Shown: positions 17,057 to 27,121, counted from the stretch's first letter. The stretch is 64,000 nt of DNA from an uncultured Candidatus Saccharibacteria bacterium (GCA_964586255.1 CAZPGE010000004.1:32693-96692), one strand, 5' to 3'. Numbers and translations are program-made. Notes: generated by a model from the letters alone, not told the origin.

Positions 17057-18076
17057 TTAAGCGATCAATTTCTTTTGGCCTGAGCCTGGCTTTTCGATGC
17101 CGAGATGTGCGTACCCCTTTTCCGTCACGGTGCGTCCCCGAGGAGTCCGTTCGATGAGACCGGTCTGCATGAGGTAGGGCTCGTTGACCTCTTCTATCGT
17201 CGCCTCTTCCTCAGAGAGTGCCGCTGCAATCGTCTTGAGTCCCACGGGACCGCCGCCAAACTTTTCGCAAAGCAGTGTGAGGATGTCGCGGTCGGTCTGG
17301 TTGAGACCGATTTCATCTATCTCAAGAAGTGCGAGTGCCTTTTTCACCGTCTTGATGTGGAGCGTCTCTTCGCTTACCGCGGCGAAGTCTCGCGCGCGCT
17401 TGAGGAGATAGTTGGCGGTGCGTGGCGTGGCGCGTGAACGACGCGCGACTTCGAGAAGTGAGTCGGCATCCATCTCGATGCCGAGGATTTTTGCAGAGCG
17501 ACGAAGTATTTCTGCTATCTCGGCATCGGTGTAGTACTGCAATCGGAATGTGCCGCCGGAGAATCGCGAGCGCAGCGGCGCGGAGAGCATCGATATTCTT
17601 GTTGTTGCAGCAATCAGAGTGAAAGGAGGGAGCTCGAGCTGCACCGTGCGCGCAGCGGGGCCTTTGCCGATGACGATATCGAGCACGCCCGCTTCCATAG
17701 CAGGATAGAGGACCTCTTCTATAGTGCGATTGAGGCGATGTATCTCGTCGATAAAGAGGACATCACCCGGTGAGAGGTTGGTGAGGATGGATGCGAGGTC
17801 GCCCACGCGCTCTATCGCAGGGCCCGATGTGCTGCGCAGGCTCGCACCAATCTCTTTTGCCATGAGATGTGCGAGCGTGGTCTTACCAAGACCCGGTGGA
17901 CCATAGAGGAGCACGTGCTCTGGCTGATGATTGCGCCCCTTTGCGGCGGTGAGGAGGATGCGAAGGTTCTCTTTGATAGCCTCCTGGCCCACATATTCTT
18001 TCCACGAATCAGGGCGAAGCGCCTGGTCGAGGCTGCGGGGCGACTTTTCTATCTGTTTGTGTTCGGTATCGGTCAT
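17057..18076 (-). CDS. ruvB: Holliday junction branch-migration ATPase RuvB
   Basis: 'LLYGPPGLGKTTLA', 'LFIDEIHRL', sensor/arginine finger, and C-terminal winged helix. Confidence 0.9.
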   Translation of the reverse strand: MTDTEHKQIEKSPRSLDQALRPDSWKEYVGQEAIKENLRILLTAAKGRNHQPEHVLLYGPPGLGKTTLAHLMAKEIGASLRSTSGPAIERVGDLASILTNLSPGDVLFIDEIHRLNRTIEEVLYPAMEAGVLDIVIGKGPAARTVQLELPPFTLIAATTRISMLSAPLRSRFSGGTFRLQYYTDAEIAEILRRSAKILGIEMDADSLLEVARRSRATPRTANYLLKRARDFAAVSEETLHIKTVKKALALLEIDEIGLNQTDRDILTLLCEKFGGGPVGLKTIAAALSEEEATIEEVNEPYLMQTGLIERTPRGRTVTEKGYAHLGIEKPGSGQKKLIA

Positions 18077-18120
18077 ACGGAGGCTCTACGAAGCCCTGAG
18101 GAGGGGAGCGAAGAGGCTGC

Positions 18121-18148
18121 TTGACAAATGGCTCTAATATGCTATATT
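18121..18148 (+). promoter_or_regulatory. sigma70-like promoter (TTGACA, 16-nt spacer, TATATT)
   Basis: Consensus -35 and near-consensus -10. Transcription would run toward the 18413 membrane-protein gene. Confidence 0.35.
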
Positions 18149-18412
18149 GGAGAGAGAAGCGGAATCAACCCCGCTTTTTCCTTTTGTAGAGACGCATAGC
18201 TTCGGGCAATGGTGGTTTTTCCAAGGACGTGGTGGCGCCGCTGCCACTATCCTCAGGTCCAGACTGCAACATTCGCCAGAATGCATTGCCCGAAATTGTG
18301 CGTCTCCAACTCCTGTTTGCAATCTAACACCGCATTGCGCTCGCGCAATGCGGATTTGTGGTCTAAACATATGCACCTGCGTGCGGTGGAGTGCGCCTGC
18401 GCGCTGCTATGA

Positions 18413-18853
18413 TTGCGATACATGCCCACAGCAAAGAAGCAGTCGGCCAATTGGCGCATCGCCGCAGTACACGCCCTCATCGTCGGGCTTGCTGTACCGT
18501 TTGTCGGCGGTTTGGCGCTCACTTTTTTCTACTATTACGCGCTTCCAGTGCTCACCGATACGACATATCTCCTGCTCGGTGTGGGCGAGACGATGATGCT
18601 GACTTTCATCGGCGTCGTACTGGGTGCGAAGTATATTCGTAGAAAATATCGAGTCTCCGACGCATCGTCCATCGTAAATCTTTCGACCGCATACGTCGTC
18701 GTGCTCACGGGTCTGTGGATGAGCGCCGATATGTTCTTCCTCTCGCAGCTTGCAGAAGTGCCTACTATCGAGATGGCAATCGCGTCCGCCGAGTCCGCTC
18801 TGGGAATCTTGGTGTTCTATTTCGCGAGTAAAAAATACATTCGCGCAAACTAG
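18413..18853 (+). CDS. hypothetical integral membrane protein
   Basis: Four hydrophobic helices. No recognisable family. Confidence 0.45.
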   Translation: MRYMPTAKKQSANWRIAAVHALIVGLAVPFVGGLALTFFYYYALPVLTDTTYLLLGVGETMMLTFIGVVLGAKYIRRKYRVSDASSIVNLSTAYVVVLTGLWMSADMFFLSQLAEVPTIEMAIASAESALGILVFYFASKKYIRAN

Positions 18854-18930
18854 CGAATCAATATATTAAAAAGATTTCAGGCGCCGCTTCGAAAGAAGCG
18901 ACGCCCGTTGTACATGTCGTCGATGCCGCG

Positions 18931-19386
18931 TCAGGCGGCGATGGCGATGCGTTCGCTCGTATACATCACGCGCTGCGTGAGCCGGCGTGCGGAGTCCTCG
19001 GCGGCGAGGATGTCGAGCCAGGCCTTGGTCAGGGCGGCGTACTCGGCGTCGGCGCCGCTGGTGCCATGGCTGTAGGCGTAGAAGCCCAGATCGGCGGCCT
19101 GCTTGTAGGTCTCGAGCAAGCGGCCCTTGCCCATGTTGGCATTGAACGAGCCGTAGACCTGACCGACGACGCACCCGCAGTCGTACTTGATGTCGAGCGA
19201 GCCGCCGTCAATCCTGGAGCGCCAGCCGGGTTCGGTGTTGTCCATGAACGCGATGCCGGCCATAGCGCGCTCGTGCACGGTCGGTCCGGAAGAAGCGATT
19301 TGCAACATCTTGCAGTCCCTTTCCTGGTTGCGGGGGCTCCTAGACCCTCCAATCAAATTAGTAGCATCCCCGGGAATATCCCGCAA
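18931..19386 (-). CDS. hypothetical protein (high-GC island gene A)
   Basis: High GC (about 64%) with strong GC3. Terminator hairpin downstream (about 18878-18905). No recognisable family. Confidence 0.4.
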   Translation of the reverse strand: MRDIPGDATNLIGGSRSPRNQERDCKMLQIASSGPTVHERAMAGIAFMDNTEPGWRSRIDGGSLDIKYDCGCVVGQVYGSFNANMGKGRLLETYKQAADLGFYAYSHGTSGADAEYAALTKAWLDILAAEDSARRLTQRVMYTSERIAIAA

Positions 19387-19399
19387 TCATTCCGCGCAC

Positions 19400-19437
19400 C
19401 TACGAAATCGTCTCAAGCATGACCTCATTGTTGAGGT
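19400..19437. repeat. 38-bp direct repeat: duplicated copy of the 3' end of pilB (second copy at 19956-19993, 36/38 identical)
   Basis: CTACGAAATCGTCTCAAGCATGACCTC[A/G]T[T/C]GTTGAGGT. The 19956 copy encodes ...NDEVMLETIS* of pilB. The 19400 copy is non-coding. Confidence 0.65.
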
Positions 19438-19458
19438 TTTGTAATCTAAAAAGAATAG

Positions 19459-19481
19459 GGCGCCGGCAGAGTGCCGGCGCC
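19459..19481 (-). terminator. intrinsic terminator downstream of island gene B
   Basis: GGCGCCGGC-agagt-GCCGGCGCC hairpin followed by a T-run on the minus strand. Confidence 0.5.
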
Positions 19482-19500
19482 TGATTTCGTCCACCTGAGG

Positions 19501-19884
19501 TCAGAGAGACCTGCGCAGATGCGCTTCCCAGAAGGACTGAAGCGTGCCGTACATGGTGTTGGGATCGTTCTCATCCCTCGCAAGCCCGTAGGCGATGCCG
19601 ATGCGATACGACATGTCGGCGCTGAGCAGAGCATCAGCAAACGTGAGGCCCTCCTGGCTGATGATCAGCGCCTTGAGCCTATCCACGTCCTGGAACATTC
19701 CCGTGCGGTGCGCCGTCTCGACGACGGCAAGCATGCACTTGTGCGGGTCGGCCATGACGAGAGGGCAGCGAGATGCGACCTGCCGCCACCACGGCCGCTT
19801 CGTGTCGAAGTGGTTCGCAATACCTCTCAAGACACGGCGCCTTGCAAGGCGGTTTTCGGCTTCCTTCGCTTGAACAGCGTTCAT
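19501..19884 (-). CDS. hypothetical protein (high-GC island gene B, 127 aa)
   Basis: High-GC ORF between the two copies of the pilB 3'-end repeat. Has its own terminator. Confidence 0.4.
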   Translation of the reverse strand: MNAVQAKEAENRLARRRVLRGIANHFDTKRPWWRQVASRCPLVMADPHKCMLAVVETAHRTGMFQDVDRLKALIISQEGLTFADALLSADMSYRIGIAYGLARDENDPNTMYGTLQSFWEAHLRRSL

Positions 19885-19955
19885 CGAGAATCTCCCTTGT
19901 GCTGCGTACTACGAGCAGTGAATAGTAGTATCACCGGGGCTGAGGTAGGTCAACG

Positions 19956-21647
19956 CTACGAAATCGTCTCAAGCATGACCTCGTCGTTGAGGTCGACGAC
20001 GCGGGAGAGTTCGTCGTACGAGGTGACACCTTGGAGTATCTTCACCGCACCGTCTTGTGACATGCGGCGGATTTTCTGATGCTTCGCTGCGGCCCAGATA
20101 TCGCGTTCGCTCGATGAGTGGCGCACGCACTCTTCTATTTCTTTATCCATAAGAATCACTTCCACTACGGCGATGCGTCCTTTGTATCCGAGGCCGCCGC
20201 ATTTGTCGCAGCCTTTGGGGAGCCACATGGTGTCGCGATTTTGCGGGAGCTCATCGGCGTGCGGTATGTGCGCGAGGAGCTGCTCCATCTTCGTCTTGAT
20301 ATCGCCGGTAATCGGTGTCGGTACGCGGCACACGGGGCAGAGGCGGCGCACGAGGCGCTGCGCCATCGCGGTCGTGAGAGCAGCGCCGAGGATGTCCGGC
20401 GCGACACCCATATCGACGAGGCGGGGGAATGTACCTGCTGCATCGTTGGTGTGTAGCGTGGAGAACACGAGGTGACCGGTAAGCGATGCGTTGACCGCCG
20501 TCGAAGCGACTTCAGCATCGCGGATTTCGCCGACCATGATGATGTCGGGGTCTTGGCGGAGTGTGGAGCGGAGGCCCTGTGCAAAGGTGTAATCCCGTGA
20601 GACTTGTGTCTGCACGATACCGGGCAGGTGGTATTCGACCGGGTCTTCGATGGTGACTATCTTTATTTCCGGTGAGTGCACTTGGCGCAAGAATGCGTAG
20701 AGTGTCGTCGTCTTACCGCTGCCGGTCGGTCCTGTGTTGAGAATCATACCGTTGGGCTTTGCGATTTCTTTCGCGAAAATATCCATGAGGTATTTGTCGA
20801 AGCCGAGCGCTTCCATCGGGAGTGCAATCGTCGTCGGGTCGAGGAGGCGCATGACGATAGTCTCTGCGTACGAGCCTGGGAGTACCGATGCGCGTATTTC
20901 GACTTCTTTACCACCCACCACGATAGAGAAGCGGCCGTCTTGTGCCGCGTTTTTGATGTTGAGCTTGAGGCCCGAGAGCAGCTTGAGGCGGCTCGACACG
21001 AGTGAGTATGTGGCGGCGTCAAACATGAGCACCTCCACGAGCACGCCGTCGAGGCGATAGCGCATACGCACACCTTCTTCTTCCGGCTCGAGGTGCACGT
21101 CGGATGCACCGAGCGCGAGTGCGCCGGCCATGATGATTTCGAGCACGCGTGAGATGCGGTGCGCGTCTTTGCTGCCCGTGTGGCTCGCAATCTCTGTCTT
21201 TACATCCTGGAGCGTCTTGAGCTTCTCAAGCATTTGTTGAATCGTCTCGTTGGAGAGGGTGAGGATGCCTGCTTCCGTCTCGGTCGCGTATGAAAGGTCG
21301 TGAAAGCGGTCCCACGCGTGTTCGAGCGAGGCCTGAGAGACGATAAAGCGCCGCACCTCGTAGCCGAGGCGTTCGATAGTCTGGAGCGACTTGAGCGAAT
21401 CCTCGCGCTCTGGAGCGCGCATTCCTACGAAAATGATTTTATTCACCTTGCGAAAAGGGGCGATCTCCACCGCGCGCGCCTCGTCCTCAGGTACGAGCTT
21501 GAGCGCATCGGTATCGATGGATTTGCTCGTAAGGTCGACGTACTCGACGCCGTATCGATGCGAGAGCATCTCGGCGAGCTGCTCCTCCTCTTTTGCGCGC
21601 AGCTCAGTCAGGCGCTCCGCTGCTTTCTTGTCGTTGAACGTCGCCAT
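19956..21647 (-). CDS. pilB: type IV pilus assembly ATPase PilB (GspE family)
   Basis: 'GPTGSGKTTTL' Walker A, Asp/His boxes, and a tetracysteine 'CPVC...CDKCGG'. ATG at 21647; the ORF track extends to an upstream GTG at 21665. Confidence 0.85.
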   Translation of the reverse strand: MATFNDKKAAERLTELRAKEEEQLAEMLSHRYGVEYVDLTSKSIDTDALKLVPEDEARAVEIAPFRKVNKIIFVGMRAPEREDSLKSLQTIERLGYEVRRFIVSQASLEHAWDRFHDLSYATETEAGILTLSNETIQQMLEKLKTLQDVKTEIASHTGSKDAHRISRVLEIIMAGALALGASDVHLEPEEEGVRMRYRLDGVLVEVLMFDAATYSLVSSRLKLLSGLKLNIKNAAQDGRFSIVVGGKEVEIRASVLPGSYAETIVMRLLDPTTIALPMEALGFDKYLMDIFAKEIAKPNGMILNTGPTGSGKTTTLYAFLRQVHSPEIKIVTIEDPVEYHLPGIVQTQVSRDYTFAQGLRSTLRQDPDIIMVGEIRDAEVASTAVNASLTGHLVFSTLHTNDAAGTFPRLVDMGVAPDILGAALTTAMAQRLVRRLCPVCRVPTPITGDIKTKMEQLLAHIPHADELPQNRDTMWLPKGCDKCGGLGYKGRIAVVEVILMDKEIEECVRHSSSERDIWAAAKHQKIRRMSQDGAVKILQGVTSYDELSRVVDLNDEVMLETIS

Positions 21648-21703
21648 GGCGCTATTGTAACGCACTTCGCTCGTGAACGAGGTGTTACAATTTGCTCATC
21701 TAT

Positions 21704-23602
21704 ATGAGTGAGGCCCCCAAAAGAGAACGACGTTTGAGCACTGAGCCTCACGAAGAATTTGGATTGGGTCACGAAGCGCCCGTGAGCGACTTGGTGAGTG
21801 TTAATCGGAACGGAGAAGAGGTCTGGGTACATCCCGACGAAGTGGCGCAAGTGCTGAGTGACGCCAAAAAGGCACCTTCTCCCAGTGAGTCGGGACCATC
21901 GCCTGACTCGAAGCGAACGGGACCCGAAATCCCCGCCGGAAAGAAGCCGAGAGAAGCGTTTCTGAGTGGGGTGCGTGAAGTCGGTCGCAACTTTGGACCC
22001 GGCGGACACAAGGTAAAAGACGAGAGCGTCTTTAGGGCGGCACTCGGGAAGTATGCCGACTACCGTACACGGTGGGGAGGCGCGGAAGCGTTTGCCGCGG
22101 CCGTGAACGATCTCGAAGTTGACGATGTGAAAGCATTCCGCGAACGCACTACGGAGCTTGAACAGGAGCTTGCCGATAAAAACCTCTCCAAGCCCGAAGC
22201 ACCGGAAAGTTCGACGAACTCTCGCCCAGGAGAAGCGCCTGACGCTACAGGGCGCATGACAGAAGAGGAGCTGCTTAAAGGTCTTGAGGGACTATCGGAG
22301 CCAGAGGCAGCGTCCAATACCATCCCGCCCCACTTCGAGACAGCATATAAGCGACTCGTAGAGAAATTTAGAAAAGATGGAACGCGTCGTGAGGATCAAA
22401 TACCGCTCGCATCGAGAGGTGTGATTGGGAATAGTGAGTACGCAGCGTTCAAAGCATTCGTCGACGAGCGAGACGCAGCGGCTGAGCGAGCAAAACAGGC
22501 AGCAAAGAGCGCGAGAAAAAGCGATGGCGGAAGTGCGGGAAAAGAAAAGGGTCCTGCACCGAAGGAGTCGGCCAAAGACAGAGATGCGCGACTCGCGGTT
22601 CTCGCCGACGATTTCGACAAGAAGGCCGGAGCCGATAATTCGATCGCTATGGACTTGTTTCAAGACATCGACGCGACACTCTCAGATGAAGAGAGAGGTA
22701 TCTTTATCGAAAAAGTACGAGGCCTCGGCTGGAAAATAAACGGCGATGTCCATCAAGTGCCCGGAGCTCTCGAGCTCATACCGCTTGGTAACACGGCAGA
22801 GAAGCTTACCGAAGCGCTCGGAGCGCCAGCAGGTAAAGTCGACGGGATTCCGTTTTGGGTACTTGAAAATGGTGATGGCGTAATGCTCAGTGGTGGCCCG
22901 CAAGAGGGGCGCTATCCGCAGCGATATCAAGACGGTGGGTTCTCGGAAATCCGGGGCTCACTCTATGAATACAAAGACGGGAAATTCCGAAAAATAAGTG
23001 AAAAAGAAGTCGCGGCGCGTCGTGCTGCTGCTATCGCCGTAAATGAGCAAGACAAGGCTGCGTCGAAAGAGCAGCTAAGAGAAAAGGCTAAGCGAGAGCG
23101 TACACAACCAGAGCCGGAAAGAGATCGCATAGAGCCAGAGGAGCGCGCGGCTGAGCGACCGGCACGCGACGAAACTCGTAGGGAGCGCCCTGAGGCGCGC
23201 AGGGAGGAGCGCGCCGAGAGGGAAAGCTCAGAGAAATCGCGCTCGTTTGAGGAGGCGCTCAAGATATTTGTGAAGACCTACAGCAAAGAAAAAAGAAATG
23301 CGGGGAGAGCCTTCCGCGATGCGATAAGCGGCTTGTCGGACAAAAATAGAAAGAGACTCATCGAATTTGCCGTCGAGACCACTGATATACCACGCCCAAT
23401 TCTCGAGCGCATACATCGTGACGTCGGTGATGAGAGCGAACGTGACGAAAGTAGCGATGGAGTAGCGCGCCCGGCACCGGTAGAGCGTGAAGTCGACAGG
23501 ATGCTCTCCGGTCGCGCGCAGCCACGTGTGAGCGAGCGTAGGGAATCACGAGAGAGTGAAAATATCGACGACGAGATAGATAGAATGCTCGGACTCAAAT
23601 AG
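21704..23602 (+). CDS. hypothetical highly charged (E/R/K-rich) protein, about 632 aa
   Basis: Long ORF, divergent from pilB. Low-complexity ER-rich segment. No recognisable domain. Confidence 0.5.
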   Translation: MSEAPKRERRLSTEPHEEFGLGHEAPVSDLVSVNRNGEEVWVHPDEVAQVLSDAKKAPSPSESGPSPDSKRTGPEIPAGKKPREAFLSGVREVGRNFGPGGHKVKDESVFRAALGKYADYRTRWGGAEAFAAAVNDLEVDDVKAFRERTTELEQELADKNLSKPEAPESSTNSRPGEAPDATGRMTEEELLKGLEGLSEPEAASNTIPPHFETAYKRLVEKFRKDGTRREDQIPLASRGVIGNSEYAAFKAFVDERDAAAERAKQAAKSARKSDGGSAGKEKGPAPKESAKDRDARLAVLADDFDKKAGADNSIAMDLFQDIDATLSDEERGIFIEKVRGLGWKINGDVHQVPGALELIPLGNTAEKLTEALGAPAGKVDGIPFWVLENGDGVMLSGGPQEGRYPQRYQDGGFSEIRGSLYEYKDGKFRKISEKEVAARRAAAIAVNEQDKAASKEQLREKAKRERTQPEPERDRIEPEERAAERPARDETRRERPEARREERAERESSEKSRSFEEALKIFVKTYSKEKRNAGRAFRDAISGLSDKNRKRLIEFAVETTDIPRPILERIHRDVGDESERDESSDGVARPAPVEREVDRMLSGRAQPRVSERRESRESENIDDEIDRMLGLK

Positions 23603-23624
23603 CGGTGAGCGCGTTTGATATGCT

Positions 23625-24077
23625 GTGCGGATGACTCGCACTATCAAGACTCGTGAAGAGATGCTCGCTTTCGCGGGTGAGACCATCGGCCCGCTCGCGC
23701 CGAGAGTGCTCGCGACAGTCATCACGCTCTCTGGTGAGCTTGGCGCTGGGAAAACCACGTTTGCTCAGGGCGCTGCTCTTACCTTGGGAGTCACGGAGAC
23801 CGTACAGAGTCCGACCTTTGTGCTCGAAAAGATTTATGCTCTCGAAAATCAGAAGTTTACGCACCTTGTCCATATAGACGCGTATCGCCTCAAAAGTGCG
23901 CACGAACTCCGGGTGCTGGGGTGGGAAGAGCTCGCGCGCGAGCCCGGCAACCTCATACTTATAGAGTGGCCCGAGCGCGTGGCCGAATGTATGCCGAAAG
24001 ACGCCATCCGTCTGCGGTTCGACATCGACGGGGATGCGCGTATCATCACGATTAATGACGGCCAAAAAAACAGTTAA
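23625..24077 (+). CDS. tsaE: tRNA threonylcarbamoyladenosine biosynthesis ATPase TsaE
   Basis: 'LSGELGAGKTTFAQG' P-loop and TsaE/YjeE length. Confidence 0.8.
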   Translation: MRMTRTIKTREEMLAFAGETIGPLAPRVLATVITLSGELGAGKTTFAQGAALTLGVTETVQSPTFVLEKIYALENQKFTHLVHIDAYRLKSAHELRVLGWEELAREPGNLILIEWPERVAECMPKDAIRLRFDIDGDARIITINDGQKNS

Positions 24078-26475
24078 ACGGGAGCCGAAAGGTGAGAAAC
24101 CGGAGTCTGAGCGACAAAGCAGGCTCGTGATTCTCGACTCGCACGCGATACTCCATCGCGCATACCATGCGCTGCCGGATTTCTCTTCGAACAAGGGTGA
24201 GCCGACAGGCGCGCTCTATGGTCTCATCCTCATGCTCCTTAAAATCGTGTCAGAGCTGAAGCCGGATTACATCGTGGCCGCGAGAGACCTGCCGGGCCAG
24301 ACGGTGCGGCACGAGATGTTTGAAGCATACAAAGCCAAGAGGGTAAAAGCGGAGGATGAGCTGATTGCGCAGCTCATTCGCGCACCAAAAGTATTCGAAG
24401 CCTTTGGCGTACCCGTGTACTCATGCGAGGGGTACGAGGCCGATGACGTGCTCGGCACGATTGTGAAGCAGGTGAGTCAGCGCTCCGACCTCGAAGTGAT
24501 TATCGCATCGGGCGATATGGATACACTCCAGCTTGTGGGCCCGCGCACGCGCGTATTCACGTTGCGCAAAGGTCTTTCAGATATTGTCATGTACGACGAG
24601 CAGGCGGTGGTAGATAGGTACGGATTTACTGCGGCGCAGGTGGTGGATTACAAGGCGCTTCGAGGCGACCCGTCCGACAACATCCCCGGCATCAAAGGTA
24701 TCGGCGAGAAGACTGCGACCGAGCTCATCAAAGAATTCGGCACACTCGAATCAATTTATCGTGAGCTCGAAAAAGGTCCCGAGGCTCTCGAGAAGCGCGG
24801 CGTGAAGCCACGCATCGTGCAATTGCTCCTTGCGGGCAAGTCCGATGCGGCATTTTCGAAGCAACTGGCGACAATCCATCCTGAAGTGCCAATACACTTC
24901 GAACTTCCGAAGCGCCATTGGCATATCGAGGACCATGCCGGTACCATCGTGCCGATTCTCGACGAGCTCGAATTCCGAGCGCTCAAAGAGCGTTTGCGCG
25001 AGTCGCTCAAGATTGTGGCTGAAGAAAAGCCCGCGGATTTTTCCGGCAAGGAAGTCGACACGCAAGCACTGCAGGAGACATCGATCGCGCTCTGGCTATT
25101 GCGCAGTGACCTCACCACGCCCGATGTGCAAGATATTTTGAATTTTGCGGGTACCGACGATTTTGAAAAGGCGCGCGAATCGATTTTCAAGACACTCCGT
25201 GAGACGGGGGAGCTCATCGCGGTGTATGAATCTATCGAGAAGCCGCTTATGGCGATTGTGCGCAAGATGAACGAAGTCGGCATTCGCGTCGATGCAGAAT
25301 ATCTCAAAAAGCTTTCGAAGGAATACACCAAAGGTCTGGGCGAAATAGCGGGTCGCATCTACCAGCATGCGGGCCACGAGTTCAACATCAATTCTCCAAA
25401 GCAGCTTGGCGACGTCCTCTTCGATGAGCTCAAGATTGGTTCGGGCAAACAGAAAAAAACTGCCACGGGTGCGAGGACCACAAAGGAGGAGGAGCTTTCG
25501 AAAATGGCCGACTTGCACCCCATCATCGGGGATATCCTGGCATACCGCGAACTCCAAAAGCTCCTTTCGACGTATATAGAGAAAATACCCGCGCTTATCG
25601 GCAAAGACGGCAGACTGCATGCGGAATTCTTGCAGGCAGGGACCACGACCGGCCGCATGTCGAGTCAGAATCCAAATCTCCAGAACATACCGATTCGCAC
25701 CGAGTATGGAAAGCGGATTCGCGAAGCATTTGTGGCTGACAAAGGGTATCTGCTTGCTGCCATCGACTATTCACAGATAGAACTGCGCATCGCGGCAGGG
25801 CTCTCGGGCGATGAGAAGCTCACGGAGATATTTAAAAAGGGCGGCGATGTGCACACGGCAGTGGCAGCACAGGTGTTCTCGGTACCTCCCGAGCACGTCG
25901 ATAGAGAAATGCGCCGACGCGCAAAGGTAATCAACTTCGGCATCCTCTACGGCATGGGAGTCAACGCGCTCCGAGCAAATCTCGGTTCGAGTGTTTCTCG
26001 TGAAGAGGCCTCGAAGTTTCTCGAAGACTATTTCAAAAACTTCTCGGGCATAGCGAGGTACATGGAAAACACGAAAGCGGAGGCTGCGCGGCTCGGCTAC
26101 ACAGAGACACTTTTCGGACGTCGCAGGTATTTCCCGGGCTTTCAGTCGGTGCTGCCAAATCTTCGTGCACAAGCGGAGCGCATGGCTATCAACGCGCCGA
26201 TACAAGGCACGCAGGCCGATATCATCAAGCGCGCGATGGTAGAAGCGGACACGCTTATTGCAAAAGAAAAGTGGGAGGATAAGGCGCGCCTTCTCCTTCA
26301 GGTCCACGACGAACTTGTGTACGAAGTGGAAGAAAAAGATGCAGAAGAGATTGCGCGCACGCTCCGCAATGTGATGGAAAATGTCGTTGATCCGAAGCTC
26401 CTCGGGGGCGTGCCCATCGTCGCTGAGATAGCGCTCGGCAAAGATTGGGGCAACACAAAAAGAATCGAGCGATAG
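24055..26475 (+). CDS. polA: DNA polymerase I (5'-3' exonuclease + polymerase domains)
   Basis: 5'-nuclease N-terminus. 'RMSSQNPNLQNIP' (motif A region) and 'QVHDELVYEV' (motif C). Confidence 0.9.
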   Translation: MTAKKTVKREPKGEKPESERQSRLVILDSHAILHRAYHALPDFSSNKGEPTGALYGLILMLLKIVSELKPDYIVAARDLPGQTVRHEMFEAYKAKRVKAEDELIAQLIRAPKVFEAFGVPVYSCEGYEADDVLGTIVKQVSQRSDLEVIIASGDMDTLQLVGPRTRVFTLRKGLSDIVMYDEQAVVDRYGFTAAQVVDYKALRGDPSDNIPGIKGIGEKTATELIKEFGTLESIYRELEKGPEALEKRGVKPRIVQLLLAGKSDAAFSKQLATIHPEVPIHFELPKRHWHIEDHAGTIVPILDELEFRALKERLRESLKIVAEEKPADFSGKEVDTQALQETSIALWLLRSDLTTPDVQDILNFAGTDDFEKARESIFKTLRETGELIAVYESIEKPLMAIVRKMNEVGIRVDAEYLKKLSKEYTKGLGEIAGRIYQHAGHEFNINSPKQLGDVLFDELKIGSGKQKKTATGARTTKEEELSKMADLHPIIGDILAYRELQKLLSTYIEKIPALIGKDGRLHAEFLQAGTTTGRMSSQNPNLQNIPIRTEYGKRIREAFVADKGYLLAAIDYSQIELRIAAGLSGDEKLTEIFKKGGDVHTAVAAQVFSVPPEHVDREMRRRAKVINFGILYGMGVNALRANLGSSVSREEASKFLEDYFKNFSGIARYMENTKAEAARLGYTETLFGRRRYFPGFQSVLPNLRAQAERMAINAPIQGTQADIIKRAMVEADTLIAKEKWEDKARLLLQVHDELVYEVEEKDAEEIARTLRNVMENVVDPKLLGGVPIVAEIALGKDWGNTKRIER

Positions 26476-26477
26476 GT

Positions 26478-27104
26478 ATGTTGTACTTCTATAGCGGGAC
26501 CGATACAGACAAGGCGAGAAATGCTCTCAACGGTTCTGTTGAAAAGCTGGCAAAAAAGACTCCCGTGGTTCGTATCACTGATGTGCATACGAGAGCAGAT
26601 GTAGACGCTGCACTTCAGGGTGGGGGCATGTTTGGAGGGGAGCGCGTTGTCGTTTTTGACAATGTCTATGCGAACGACGACTTACGAGAAGTTCTTGCAG
26701 AATCGCTACCAAGGATTGCTAAGTCTAAAGATATTTTTTTCATGATTGAGGGCGCGCTTGATGTCGCTACGCGAAAGTCGGTGGAGAAGTATGCGACCGA
26801 ATTTGAGCGCTTTGATGCGAAGAAAGCTGCCAAAGAGGAGACGATTTTCTCGCTCGCCAACGCGCTTCAGGCAGGGAAGAAGAAAGACCTGTGGGTCGGC
26901 TATCAGCGAGAGCTCCATAGTGGCAAAGCTCCGGAGGCGATACATGGCGTGCTTTTTTGGGCTGCAAAGCAGCTCCTCTTAAAATCTGATACACCAAGAG
27001 CCCGAGAGCTTGTGGCGGAGCTCGCCGCGCTGCCGCACGAAGCGAGGCGACAAGGCTTTGAGCTCGAATATGCACTCGAACACTTTGTCCTCTCACGCAC
27101 GTGA
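26478..27104 (+). CDS. holA: DNA polymerase III delta subunit-like protein (short HolA-like)
   Basis: Position and pattern ('VVVFDNVY...', 'LLK...AELAALPHEARRQGFELEYALE') resemble short delta subunits. Weak call. Confidence 0.45.
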   Translation: MLYFYSGTDTDKARNALNGSVEKLAKKTPVVRITDVHTRADVDAALQGGGMFGGERVVVFDNVYANDDLREVLAESLPRIAKSKDIFFMIEGALDVATRKSVEKYATEFERFDAKKAAKEETIFSLANALQAGKKKDLWVGYQRELHSGKAPEAIHGVLFWAAKQLLLKSDTPRARELVAELAALPHEARRQGFELEYALEHFVLSRT

Positions 27105-27121
27105 TAGTATTTATCTCACGT

